DNA of 64,000 nt from Vicinamibacterales bacterium (GTDB taxonomy: Bacteria; Acidobacteriota; Vicinamibacteria; Vicinamibacterales; CAVVIG01), in contig JBFWPN010000005.1 in the NCBI GenBank assembly GCA_050249955.1, forward strand, positions 331,739 to 395,738, written 5' to 3'. The notes beneath the pieces are model-generated. The model was not told where the DNA came from and made no database searches. It worked only from the letters and a program-made list of their open reading frames with translations. A program made the position numbers and the translations under genes. Shown here piece by piece: positions 8,821-18,604 of this stretch. The stretch's first letter is position 1, and every line of letters begins with the position of its first letter.

Positions 8821-9837
8821 TCAGAGCCCCTCTTTGAGGAACGCGACCAGCGGAGGCAGCGTCTTCTCGGGCGCCTCCAGGTGCGGGACGTGCCCGAGCC
8901 CGGGCAGGAGATGCAGGCGGGCCTTGCCGCCGGGAATCGTGTCGGCGATGTACTTCATGCGCGCCTGGAAGTTCGCCGGCGTGCCCGCCAGGAAGTCGTC
9001 GGCGCCGCCGAAGACCAGCGTCGGGGCCTTGATGTGCGGCCAGTCGTAGACGACCGGATCGGCGTAGTTCACGCTGCCGATGAGCGTCTGCACCATGGCC
9101 AGCCGCGGCCAGTCGGCGCTCAGCGTCCAGCCGTAGCGAATCTTGGCGTAGGTCTCGAACGTGTCGTTCCAGGCCGAGGGATTGTGCGCCACGTAGCGCA
9201 TCAGGCTGGCGCGGATGGACTGGTAGGTGGCGCCGAGCGTCTGCTTGTACCCGTCGTCGACACTCGGGGCCGGCCGGTCGAAGCGGCTGTCGCTCACGCC
9301 GATGGGGTTGTAGATGACCAGGCGCTCGGTCATGGCCGGGAACTGGGTGGCGAAGCGGGCCGCGAGCATGCCGCCCATGGAGTGGCCGACGATCATCGCC
9401 CGCTGGATGTTCAGGCTCTTGAGCACCGCCGCCGTGTTCCGGGCGAAGTCGTTGAAGCTGTACGGAATGATCGGCTTCGACGAACGGCCGTAGCCCATCT
9501 GGTCCGGGATGATGACCCGGAAGCCTTCCTTGCGCAGGGCCTCGGCGATGTTGCCGAAGTAGAAGCCGGCGAAGTTGTTGCCGTGCAGCAGCACCACGGT
9601 GTGCCCGTTGGGCGTGCCCTGGGCGGATACGTCCATGTAGGCCATCCGCACGTCCTGGCCGTAGGTGGTCAGGTTCAGGTACTTGCTGGGATAGGGATAC
9701 GGGCACTCGTCGCAGGTGATGCTGATCGGCTTGACGTCGGTCGGCGTCGGCACGGCCGGCGCCTGCTGTGCACCGGCGAGCGCCGGGACGAGAGCGGCAG
9801 CGGTAAGTGTAAGAGAGAGGACCAGGTGCTTCATCAT
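8821..9837 (-). CDS. Secreted alpha/beta-fold hydrolase
   Basis: Start at MMKHLVLSLTLTAAALVPALAGA (signal peptide). HGNNFAG oxyanion region and nucleophile elbow GHSMGG. C-terminal GLGHVPHLE. Confidence 0.8.
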   Translation of the reverse strand: MMKHLVLSLTLTAAALVPALAGAQQAPAVPTPTDVKPISITCDECPYPYPSKYLNLTTYGQDVRMAYMDVSAQGTPNGHTVVLLHGNNFAGFYFGNIAEALRKEGFRVIIPDQMGYGRSSKPIIPYSFNDFARNTAAVLKSLNIQRAMIVGHSMGGMLAARFATQFPAMTERLVIYNPIGVSDSRFDRPAPSVDDGYKQTLGATYQSIRASLMRYVAHNPSAWNDTFETYAKIRYGWTLSADWPRLAMVQTLIGSVNYADPVVYDWPHIKAPTLVFGGADDFLAGTPANFQARMKYIADTIPGGKARLHLLPGLGHVPHLEAPEKTLPPLVAFLKEGL

Positions 9838-9973
9838 GGTGCCGAAGTTTACCGCAGGGGGCTCCCGGACCGCAGGAGTGCGGGCGTGATGGTCCGGAAC
9901 ATCACGGCCCTGCGGCGGATTCATCACACGGACATCACGACGGCGGCGGGCTGCGGAGGCCAGAGTCGGGGGC

Positions 9974-10831
9974 ATGCGATCCCCCTCGTTCCTGCGCGTG
10001 GTCAGATCGGTCGCGGTCGTGCTCCTGGGTGTGTTCGTGGGCCCGCCGTTCGCCGATGGACAGCCCTGGGACCTGCCGTTGACCGGAACACCTGGCACTC
10101 CCGTCGTGCTGGTGCGCGTGAATGGCATCGGCCCACTCCCGTTCCTGGTCGACACAGGGTCGAGTCACACGACCGTGACGTCGGCACTGGCCCGGGAGAT
10201 CGAAGCGCCACGCGTCGCGAAGACCCTGGTGTCGACCTCCGCCGGGAGCGACTGGGCCGCCGTGGTTCGGATCGGTCAGATGGAGGTCGGGCCGGTCCGC
10301 GTGACCGGACTCCTGGCGACCGAACTCCCAAGCGATCGCCTCGCTTCGGAGCTCGGGATTGCGGGCGTCCTCGGCCTCGACCTGCTCGGACAACACCCGT
10401 TCACGATTGATTTCCGGGCGCGACGGCTGAGGTGGGGAGCGGCCTCGCCGGACACCTTCGATGCCACGCTGTCGCTCGATGTCGACGGCACCGTCTGGAG
10501 GGTCCTCGCCACACATCAGGGCCGCACCGTCTGGCTGGTTCCGGACTCCGCGGCCGAAGGGCTGGTGCTGTTCAATCGGGGGCAGTGGAAGGACCTCGTC
10601 TACACAGGTGGGACCAGTGGCGTCCAGAGCGTGACGGCCGTACTGCCAGGCCGTGCCGCCACCCTTCCCAGCCTGAACCTCGGAGCGCTCCGGTTCGTCG
10701 ATCAGGACGTGGTGGTGGTGAATGGCTCCGGTGTGGACCCTGCGCACGGAGACGCCCTGTTGCCCCTGCATCTGTTCAGTCGTGTGGCGTTCGACCCCGT
10801 GGCCGGGCTCGTGCGCCTGAGCCTGCACTAG
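9974..10831 (+). CDS. Retropepsin-like (clan AA) aspartyl protease, secreted or membrane-anchored, with a possible degenerate second lobe
   Basis: N-terminal hydrophobic segment. LPFLVDTGSSHTTVTSALAREI and GVLGLDLLGQHPFTIDFRARRL match bacterial retropepsin-like domains. The second half carries LVPDSAAEG. Confidence 0.65.
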   Translation: MRSPSFLRVVRSVAVVLLGVFVGPPFADGQPWDLPLTGTPGTPVVLVRVNGIGPLPFLVDTGSSHTTVTSALAREIEAPRVAKTLVSTSAGSDWAAVVRIGQMEVGPVRVTGLLATELPSDRLASELGIAGVLGLDLLGQHPFTIDFRARRLRWGAASPDTFDATLSLDVDGTVWRVLATHQGRTVWLVPDSAAEGLVLFNRGQWKDLVYTGGTSGVQSVTAVLPGRAATLPSLNLGALRFVDQDVVVVNGSGVDPAHGDALLPLHLFSRVAFDPVAGLVRLSLH

Positions 10832-10833
10832 GC

Positions 10834-13087
10834 ATGCCGCACACGTCCCGGACCTTCGGTCCATTTGCATTCAACGCAGCCGCCTTCCGCGTCGAGCGTG
10901 ACGGCGAGGTGATCGCGCTCGAGCCCAAGGCGCTGGATGTCCTCCTGCTGCTCATCGAGCGCGCCCCGGTCGTCGTCGAGAAGGGTGAGATCTTCGGGGT
11001 CGTCTGGAAAGACGTGGCGGTTACCGACAACGCCCTCACCCGCGTCATCGCGCAGTTGCGGCGCGCGCTGGACGATGATGCGAGGAGTCCGCGGTACATC
11101 GAAACCGTGGCCACGCGCGGCTACCGCCTCATTGCTCCGGTGGGTGAGTGGACACCGCCGATGGACCGCTCCTCATCCTCGCCGGCACCTGCCCCTGACG
11201 ACTCAACCCTTCGCGCGGTGTGGCGTCGTCCCTGGCCTCGGGTCGCAGCAGCAGGGCTCGGTTTCATCGCCGCACTCGTCCTGCTTCGGCCAGCGGCATG
11301 GCCCGGAACGGCCGGTCTCCTGGGGGCGACCGATGGCGCGGTGCGCGGAGCCGATCTTGCGCGGCACGCCACCTTGCGGCCCGCGCAGTTCACGACCGGT
11401 ACCGGCCTCGACGCCGGCCTCGCGTTCGCGCGGGATGCCAGCGCCGTCGCCTTCGCGTCGGATCGAACCGGTGTGTTCGAGGTCTACGTCCAGAACCTGG
11501 CGCCAGGCGCCGCACCGACCCGGCTGACCACGAGCGGACGCCAGAACGTACAGCCGGCCTGGTCACCCGACGGGCAGTTCGTGGCATACCACGAGGGTGC
11601 CGGCGGGGGCATCTGGGTCGTGCCGTCGCGAGGCGGGACCGCACGTCGCGTGGTGCCGGCCGGGTCACGACCTGCCTGGTCCCCGGACGGTCGATGGATC
11701 GCATTCCAGACACGGGATGGCCTCGACCTGAGCCTGATCACGACGCCAAACCAGCGGTCGTTCATCGGCCTGCTGGAGGTCCGCACCGGGAACGTCCGCA
11801 TCCTCACCAGCCCTGGGGCGCCACCTGGGTCCCACGTGGCCCCGAGCTGGTCCCCTGACGGCCGGAGCCTGCTGTTCGTGCAAACGCCATTGCCCCTCGC
11901 CCGCAGCGCCACTCCGTGGACCACCACGCTGTGGCGAATGGCTGCCGATGGTACCGGGCTGCAGCGCGTGGCGCTGGGAGAGCAGTTCACCACCGACTAC
12001 GCCGCGACGCCCGATGGCCGCGGCGCGTGGGTGCGTGCGCGCGCGCGCGGTGCCGGCCCTGTGGTGGCTGCCGTTCGCGCGCTCGGGGGCTGCCGATGCG
12101 CACCCAACCGGGTTGCCACTGGTGGGTACGCCCGCCCAACCGGTGGTGTCTCCCGACGGACGGACGCTCGCGTGGACGGCCGTCAGCGCGCGGTCCGGGC
12201 TCTGGGCCGTGCCGCTCGGCGCACGCGGCGACCCTGCAGGGAGCGCATCCCCGGTCGCGCTCGGCGCAGGTGTCCGTGCCACGGGCGCCGCGGCGGCTCC
12301 CGATGGCCGACTCGCGTACTCGGGCACTGTGCAGGGGCAGGGAGCGCACATCTGGGTGCGCGAGCCTTCAGGCGCGGACCGGCAGGTGACGCTCGACGAG
12401 GGTGATCATTACACACCATTCTGGCTGAGCCCGCTCGAGGTGGCCGCCTTCACCAGGCATCGCGACACCCGCGCGTTCAGCGCCATCGATGTGACGACCG
12501 GCACCGAGCGCGAGCTGTTCCAGGTCGACGCGTTGCCTGCCCCGGCGGGGACCAGCCTGCACCCGGTGGAAGGTCTCAACGTGGAGGTGAACCCGTCCCT
12601 CACGCAGGTGCTCACGTCGCGGGTCCGTGACGGCGTGGCGAATCTCTGGAGCGTGCCGCTGCGTGAAGGGAGACCGGCTGGTCCGGCCACCCAGCTCACC
12701 GCGGAAACGGACGGTGGCTCGTTTCCGCACTGGTCGCCCGACGGCGGGTGGGTGGCCTACCAGTGTGAGGCTGGCGACGAGACGCACGTGTGCGTGGTCG
12801 ATGCGGGCGGCGGTCACCGCGCGCAGCTCACCCATGGCAGGGGCCTGCACTTCATTGGGGGATGGATCGGCGACCGGACGATCCTCATCGCCGCGCGGCG
12901 AGACGCAGTGTGGAACGTGGTGGCGCTCGACCGGCTGACCGGCGTCGAGCGCGCCCTGACGACATTCACCGACGCCCGCAGCTACGTCCGCTATCCGCGG
13001 TGGGATGCCGCCGGCCAGCGAGTGCTGTTCGAGCGCGCGGAGTCGACCGGGAACATCTGGCGTGTGGGGCTCCCGGCCGAGCGCTGA
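10834..13087 (+). pseudogene. CadC/OmpR-type winged-helix membrane regulator with a TolB-like beta-propeller periplasmic domain, split by a 1-nt frameshift near 12037-12049
   Basis: ATG 10834 gives MPHTSRTFGPFAFNAAAFRVERDGEVIALEPKALDVLLLLIER...TVATRGYRLI (trans_reg_C), a TM segment, and SPDG-type repeats (WSPDGQFVAY, WSPDGRWIAF, WSPDGRSLLF). Frame 1 stays protein-like to ...AATPDGRGAWV. Frame 2 (track ORF 11948..13087) takes over at ...ALWWLPF...VSPDGRTLAW...WSPDGGWVAY. Total span is 2254 nt, not a multiple of 3. Confidence 0.6.
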
Positions 13088-13110
13088 GCACAGACCAATC
13101 CGGACGTACC

Positions 13111-14412
13111 TCAGGCTTCCGCCGGCGGTGCGGGTGACACCAGCAGGCGGTCCACGCGCGTGCCGTCCATGTCCAGCACTTCGAACCGGTGACCGGCCCG
13201 TGTGAACACGTCACCGGTCCGCGGCAGCCGTCGCAGGTCGAGCATGGCGAGCCCTCCCAGCGTGTGGCACCGGCCCCGCTCGTCCTCGGGCAGCAGTTCG
13301 ACCTCGCCCAGGGCTGCCTCGAGGGCGTCGATCGCCAGGCCGCCATCCACGAGCAGCGAGCCGTCCTCGCGCATCACGATGAGCGGTTCGTCGTTCACCC
13401 GGTCCGGCCGTGCCCCGGTGATCGCCGCCGTCACGTCGCTCAGGCTCACGAGCCCCTCGATGCCGCCGAATTCGTCCACCACCAGCGCAATCGGCAGGTG
13501 CGTCCGCTTGAACTGGTCGAGCAGGGTCATCAGGCTCGTGGTCTCGGGAACGATGGGCGCGGGCTCGGCGAGGCTCCGCAGGTCTGGCAGTGAACCATCC
13601 AGCATCGAGTCGAGCACCCGGGCCGTGCGGACGATGCCCAGCACCTGGTCGAGCCCGCCGTCGCAGAGCGGTACCGCCGTGTGCGGAGCCTCACGCAGCT
13701 TCCGGCGCACTTCGTCGCGTTCGTCGCCAAGGTCGAGGAACACGACGTCCGCCCGGTGGGTGATCACCGAGGCCGCCATGCGGTCGTCGAGGTCGAGCAC
13801 GTTCCGGACGAGCGCGTGCTCCGACGCATCCACCACGCCCTCATCCGCGCCCTGCTGCAGCATCAGGCGAATCTCGTCGACCGTGACGCCGGCGCGCGCG
13901 CCGATACGCACGCGAAACAGGCGGAGGATGGCGTCGGTCGTGGCGCTCAGCGCATGCACTACCGGCCGGCCCACAGCCCCGACAATGCGCATGGGCGGCG
14001 CCACGATGGCGGCCAGCGCCTCGGGATGGGCCATTGCCAGCCGCTTCGGAACCAGCTCGCCCACGATGAGCGAGACGAAGGTCAGGCTGAAGACCATGAC
14101 CACCAGTGACAGGGTCTCGGCGTGCGGTTCAAGGACCGGGAACTGCGACAGGGCCAGACGGATGGGCTCGGCGATGGAGGCCTCGCCAACCGCACCGCTC
14201 AGGATGCCGATGCAGGTGATGCCTACCTGGACGCTCGACAGGAAGCGCGTCGGCTCGGCGGCCAGTTCGAGTGCACGCCGGGCACCGGCCGATCCTTCTT
14301 CCGCCATCTGCTGAAGCCGGGCGCGGCGAGCAGAGACGATGGCGATCTCCGACATCGCGAAGAGACCGTTGAGGACGAACAGGCCCACCAGCAGGCCGAT
14401 TTCTGCGAGCAT
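13111..14412 (-). CDS. Hemolysin-family / CNNM-type transporter-associated protein (DUF21 + CBS pair + CorC_HlyC)
   Basis: 433 aa. MLAEIGLLVGLFVLNGLFAMSEIAIVSARRARL (DUF21), a central CBS region, and a C-terminal HRFEVLDMDGTRVDRLLV (CorC_HlyC). Confidence 0.85.
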   Translation of the reverse strand: MLAEIGLLVGLFVLNGLFAMSEIAIVSARRARLQQMAEEGSAGARRALELAAEPTRFLSSVQVGITCIGILSGAVGEASIAEPIRLALSQFPVLEPHAETLSLVVMVFSLTFVSLIVGELVPKRLAMAHPEALAAIVAPPMRIVGAVGRPVVHALSATTDAILRLFRVRIGARAGVTVDEIRLMLQQGADEGVVDASEHALVRNVLDLDDRMAASVITHRADVVFLDLGDERDEVRRKLREAPHTAVPLCDGGLDQVLGIVRTARVLDSMLDGSLPDLRSLAEPAPIVPETTSLMTLLDQFKRTHLPIALVVDEFGGIEGLVSLSDVTAAITGARPDRVNDEPLIVMREDGSLLVDGGLAIDALEAALGEVELLPEDERGRCHTLGGLAMLDLRRLPRTGDVFTRAGHRFEVLDMDGTRVDRLLVSPAPPAEA

Positions 14413-14448
14413 CGACAGCGATCATCATAGCCGGGCTCGCGTCGTGGG

Positions 14449-16011
14449 TCAGGACGCCTCGACCGGGACTGTCGAGGACCAGGCCGTCGCGGGGGGCGCT
14501 TCGGGTCGCTCCGCCACCGCCCGCACCACATCGTCCAGGAGCGTCCTGGCCCAGCGCTCGCTGTCGGCCGACAGGACCACCTGGCGCATGCGCCGCATGC
14601 GCCAGGCCTGCTCCCCGATCGGCATCTGGATGGCCCGCTCCAGGGTGCGTGCGGTGCGCTCGATCGCACTGGGATGGACCGGAAGTGCGTCGGTCAGCTG
14701 CTGGCTCGCCCCCGCGCGCTCGCTGAGCAGCAGGACACCCCGGTTGTCGTCCCGGGCCGCGACGAACTCCTTGGCCACCAGGTTCATGCCATCGTCGAGG
14801 CTGTTCACCCAGCACACGTCGGCGGCTCGATAGAGTCGGTAGACCTCGCTCGCATCGTGGTGCCGTTCCAGCAGGAGGACGGGCGGCTGCGAGCCGTTCC
14901 CGAAGCGGACACGGAGCCGATCGCACACCTCCGCTGCCGCCGTGCGTGCGGCCCGATAGGCGGGCAGCGTGGCCCGGCTCGGTTCGGCCACCTGCAGGAG
15001 CGTGATGCGACCGCGCAGGTCGGCGCGCCGCTCGAGCAGCCGTTCAAGGGCCAGGAACTTCTCAGGGATCCCCTTCGAGTAGTCCATGCGGTCCACGCCG
15101 ACGATGAGGTGGGTGTCGGGGGCAAGGCCGTGCGCCGCAAGCACGGACCGTCGGCATTCGGTCGTGGCTGGCAGACCGTCGAGCGCCGGGTTCTCCCGCG
15201 ACACGCCGACCGGGTTGGCCGCGACGCGGATGACGTGACCCCGATGATGGATGAGGCCGCGGGCGAGGTCGACCGATGCGTCCGTCAGCATGACCACGGC
15301 ATCGAGCAGGTGTCGGCAGTCCCGGTCGGTCTGGAGGGCGATGACATCGCTCTGCATCAGGCCCGTGAGGAGTTCGCCCGCCCAGGGGCACGTGCGGAAG
15401 ACATGGGCGCTTGGCCAGGGAATATGCCAGAACGTGGAGATGGCCGCAGCCGGCCGATGCCGGCGGATGAAGGCCGGTGCCAGCGCGAAGTGATAGTCCT
15501 GGACCAGAACGATCGGGGAGAGGCCGGTCGACGACTCCGCCACGGCCCGCGCGAACCGGCGGTTCGCAGAACGGTAGTGGATGAAGTCGGCGCGTCGGAA
15601 CACCGGCGCGACGGGCGTGTCATGACACAGGGGCCAGAGGCCTTCGTTGGCGAAGCCATTGTAGAAGCCGGCGTACTCGCGTGTCGGGCACGGGACGTAC
15701 TGGAGCAGATAGCTGCCCTCGGCAGTGGAGACACGGAGGTCGCGGGCGGGCGACGTGGCAGCCAGGTCGGCCGGTTCGCCATGGGCAATCCATGCGCCCT
15801 GCGCCGACGCGACCAGCGGCTCCACCGCGGTGACGAGCCCGCTGGCCGTTCGTCCAATCGTGTACCCACCCGCGCCATCCTCCTTGTGGCTGAGGGGGGC
15901 TCGGTTGGCGAGCACGATCAGGGGCGATTCGGTCATCGGCGGCCGCCGCCCCTGCGGGGCATGGCGCGTGGCGGCTGGGGGAGTCGGTCGTGGGTCGATC
16001 GCCCGGTGCAT
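14449..16011 (-). CDS. otsA: Alpha,alpha-trehalose-phosphate synthase (GT20, OtsA-like)
   Basis: LIVLANRAPLSH, FYNGFANEGLWPLCH, VLVQDYHFALAP and GVDRMDYSKGIPEKF are GT20 hallmarks. GGAGG lies 7 nt upstream of ATG 16011. An alternative ATG is at 15936. Confidence 0.85.
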   Translation of the reverse strand: MHRAIDPRPTPPAATRHAPQGRRPPMTESPLIVLANRAPLSHKEDGAGGYTIGRTASGLVTAVEPLVASAQGAWIAHGEPADLAATSPARDLRVSTAEGSYLLQYVPCPTREYAGFYNGFANEGLWPLCHDTPVAPVFRRADFIHYRSANRRFARAVAESSTGLSPIVLVQDYHFALAPAFIRRHRPAAAISTFWHIPWPSAHVFRTCPWAGELLTGLMQSDVIALQTDRDCRHLLDAVVMLTDASVDLARGLIHHRGHVIRVAANPVGVSRENPALDGLPATTECRRSVLAAHGLAPDTHLIVGVDRMDYSKGIPEKFLALERLLERRADLRGRITLLQVAEPSRATLPAYRAARTAAAEVCDRLRVRFGNGSQPPVLLLERHHDASEVYRLYRAADVCWVNSLDDGMNLVAKEFVAARDDNRGVLLLSERAGASQQLTDALPVHPSAIERTARTLERAIQMPIGEQAWRMRRMRQVVLSADSERWARTLLDDVVRAVAERPEAPPATAWSSTVPVEAS

Positions 16012-16115
16012 CTTTCGGCCTCCGTTCTATGCGAGCCAGTTAATGACGGGGCGGCCCCGGCGGGACATCCGCCAAACGGGGGACACGACCTCCTTTTGCA
16101 GGGGAGGCAACGGCT

Positions 16116-16167
16116 CAGTTGCAACTGACGAGATGGTCAATCCCATGTTTGCAGGATGGGATTGACC
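16116..16167. promoter_or_regulatory. 12-bp palindrome CAGTTGCAACTG (16116-16127) followed by a perfect 12-bp inverted repeat GGTCAATCCCAT-N9-ATGGGATTGACC (16135-16167)
   Basis: Read directly in the divergent otsA / histidine-kinase intergenic region. Each arm contains TTGACC in the outward orientation. Confidence 0.4.
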
Positions 16168-16216
16168 GGGGAGACCGGATAGTCTGACTGGACATGCTGG
16201 CGAGGACGGAGGGACC

Positions 16217-17557
16217 ATGCGACTGAAGACCTGGATCGTGGCTGCGCTTGGGCTTGGCAGCCTCGTCGCACTGATCGCGTTCTCCACCGACGCCTCGTCC
16301 CGGCGCGCGCAGGACATCTACCGCCAGCTCGACGAGCTGAACACGCATCACCGCAATGTCGAGGTGAAGCTGCGGGCGCTGCGGTCAGACGTGAACCTGT
16401 CGGGTATCTTCGTGCGCGACTACCTCCTCGACGTCGCGCGCGAGCGCGCCCCGGAGTACCGCGAGCAGCTGGCGGCCTTCCGGCAGAGCAACATGGCCAC
16501 GCTCGACGAGCTCCGGCCGCTCATCGGGCAGGAGGAAGAGATTGCGGGGCTCCGCACCAAGCTCGAGGAGTACTGGCAGGCGCTCGACCCCCTCTTCGAC
16601 TGGACCCCGGCCGAGAAAATCGTGCACAGTGCAGGCTTCCTCCGGCGCGACGTCGTGCCCAGGCGCGAAGCCGTGCTGCGGATTGCCCAGCAGATCGAGG
16701 AGCTCAACAATGCGAACCTTGCCGCGCAGCGGGCCGAGGTGGCCCAGCGCTATTCCTCACTCGCCGCCGCGCTCTATCGCCTCCGCTGGCAGACCGTCCT
16801 CCTCGGTCTCGGTGTCGCACTGGTCGTGGTCCTGCGGCTGCGCTTCCTCGAGCGGCGGTCCGACGCGGCGGAGCGCGAGATGCGCCGGCTGTCGCAGCAG
16901 GTGGTGAACGCACAGGAAGAGGAGCGGAAGCACCTGTCGCGTGAGCTGCACGATCACGTGGCGCAGGTGCTGACCGGCCTGCGCATGGAACTCGGCCGGC
17001 TCGAGCGGGCGGCCGGCTCGGGCAGTGCCGTCTCGACGACGGCGGGCAGCTGCAAGCAACTGGTCGATGAACTCTTCTCGACCGTGCGGAACCTGGCGCT
17101 GGGGCTGCGGCCGAGCATGCTGGATGACTTCGGCCTGCAGGCGGCAATCGAGTGGCTCGTCCGCGACTTCATGCGCCGTTACGCCATCGACGTAGACCTG
17201 TCCGTCTCCGGCGAGGTGGACGCGCTACCCGAGAAGCACCGGACCTGCGTCTATCGCGTCATCCAGGAGGCGCTCACCAACTGCGCCAGGCATGCGAAGG
17301 CGCAGCACATCACCATCACCATGGCGGCCGATGCACGGGCGCTTCAGGTACAGGTGGTCGACGACGGCGTGGGCGTGGACCCAGCCGCGAAGCCGGCAGG
17401 GTTTGGGCTGCGCGGCATCGAGGAGCGGGTCCGGGAGCTCGGCGGAGGTGTGGTAGTGGCGCGGAAGGCCGCGGCTGGAGGTACTGTGTTGACCGTGCAC
17501 CTGCCGATTCCGGCGGGACAGATCCCGGAGGTGGCCCTTGCGCGCCTTGCTGGCTGA
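16217..17557 (+). CDS. Sensor histidine kinase, HisKA_3 (NarX/LiaS-type) with a periplasmic four-helix-bundle-like sensor
   Basis: 446 aa. Two TM segments flank a helical sensor domain. EERKHLSRELHDHVAQVLTGL (H-box, HisKA_3). HATPase_c blocks (QEALTNCARHA, DDGVG, GFGLRGIEERV). Confidence 0.85.
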   Translation: MRLKTWIVAALGLGSLVALIAFSTDASSRRAQDIYRQLDELNTHHRNVEVKLRALRSDVNLSGIFVRDYLLDVARERAPEYREQLAAFRQSNMATLDELRPLIGQEEEIAGLRTKLEEYWQALDPLFDWTPAEKIVHSAGFLRRDVVPRREAVLRIAQQIEELNNANLAAQRAEVAQRYSSLAAALYRLRWQTVLLGLGVALVVVLRLRFLERRSDAAEREMRRLSQQVVNAQEEERKHLSRELHDHVAQVLTGLRMELGRLERAAGSGSAVSTTAGSCKQLVDELFSTVRNLALGLRPSMLDDFGLQAAIEWLVRDFMRRYAIDVDLSVSGEVDALPEKHRTCVYRVIQEALTNCARHAKAQHITITMAADARALQVQVVDDGVGVDPAAKPAGFGLRGIEERVRELGGGVVVARKAAAGGTVLTVHLPIPAGQIPEVALARLAG

Positions 17558-18176
17558 CGACCACAGCATCGTGCGCCGCGGACTGCGGGGGTTGCTCGAA
17601 GCGGCCGGCGTGTCAGTGGTGGCGGAGGCTGGTGACGGGCTCGAGGCCATGCGGCTCTGTGAGCAGCACAGGCCCGAACTGCTGATCCTCGATATCTCGA
17701 TGCCGAAGCTCAGCGGAATCGAGGTGGCGGCTCGTGCCCAGAAGATGGACCGTCCGCCCGGCGTGATCATCCTGAGCGTGCACGGCGACGAGTCGTACAT
17801 CATGCGGGCCCTGGCCGCGGGGGCGCGGGCCTACCTGCTGAAGAGCGCGACCGATGAAGACCTGATTCCTGCCGTGAAGGCGGTGGCGGCCGGCAAGCCG
17901 TTCTTCAGCCCGGCCGTATCCGAAGTGCTGGTCGAGGACTATGTGCGGCGGCTGCAGCAGCGAGGCCTCACAGATACGTATCACCTGCTGACCGACCGCG
18001 AGAAGGAGGTCCTGCAACTGCTGGCCGAGGGGCGCTCCAACAAGGAAGTGGCGGGCCTGCTCGACCTGGGGCTGTCGACGGTCGAAACCCACCGTGCGAA
18101 CCTTATGCAGAAGCTGAACCTGCACAACACGGCCGAGATAGTGCTCTACGCAGTCCGCAAGGGCCTGATTGTCTGA
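17538..18176 (+). CDS. NarL/FixJ-family response regulator (receiver + LuxR-type HTH)
   Basis: LLADDHSIVRRGL...LLILDISMPKLSG (receiver) and LTDREKEVLQLLAEGRSNKEVAGLLDLGLSTVETHRANLMQKL (LuxR HTH). TTG start overlaps the kinase end. Confidence 0.9.
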   Translation: MRALLADDHSIVRRGLRGLLEAAGVSVVAEAGDGLEAMRLCEQHRPELLILDISMPKLSGIEVAARAQKMDRPPGVIILSVHGDESYIMRALAAGARAYLLKSATDEDLIPAVKAVAAGKPFFSPAVSEVLVEDYVRRLQQRGLTDTYHLLTDREKEVLQLLAEGRSNKEVAGLLDLGLSTVETHRANLMQKLNLHNTAEIVLYAVRKGLIV

Positions 18177-18231
18177 CCTCTCCCCGATCAACCGGATGGC
18201 ACGCCGGCCGGGGAGATTGTCTACTGGGGGC

Positions 18232-18588
18232 ATGCCACAGACACTCCCCATTGCCGGAAGCGTCCGGACGTCGGTGCTGCCCGGCAGCGTCGTCGAGCCG
18301 GGACCGATGCTCGTTGTCGTGCAGCGCGACTGGAACGGATGGCGCAAGGCGCTCGTGCCGGTGCCGGCCCTGGAGGATGTGCACTGGCGGCAGCCCGCAG
18401 GCGCGCCCCGCCCGCTGGTGCATGCCTACGTGTCCTGCGACTCGCTCCTCTCGGGAGAGGTGCCGCACGAATGTGCCGGTGGCGGCTCGCACCGCCTGCT
18501 CGTCTGCGTCCTGCGGCAGCACACCGTGCCGGTCGTGTTCGACCAGCTCGTCCAGCAGGCGGATGAGGCGGCGCGCCTGCGTACCTGA
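18232..18588 (+). CDS. Hypothetical Cys-containing protein downstream of the two-component pair
   Basis: Internal ATG of track ORF 18169..18588. Strong third-position GC bias. MPQTLPIAGSVRTSVLPGS...SCDS...HECAGGGSHRLLVCV. No family recognised. Confidence 0.45.
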   Translation: MPQTLPIAGSVRTSVLPGSVVEPGPMLVVVQRDWNGWRKALVPVPALEDVHWRQPAGAPRPLVHAYVSCDSLLSGEVPHECAGGGSHRLLVCVLRQHTVPVVFDQLVQQADEAARLRT

Positions 18589-18604
18589 ACGCCGCGTCAG
18601 TGGC

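Noticed and set aside
14449-15936. Shorter otsA starting at MTESPLIV (ATG 15936)
   Set aside because: This is possible, but the upstream ATG at 16011 has a GGAGG 7 nt upstream whereas 15936 has none. I kept the longer model and note the uncertainty.
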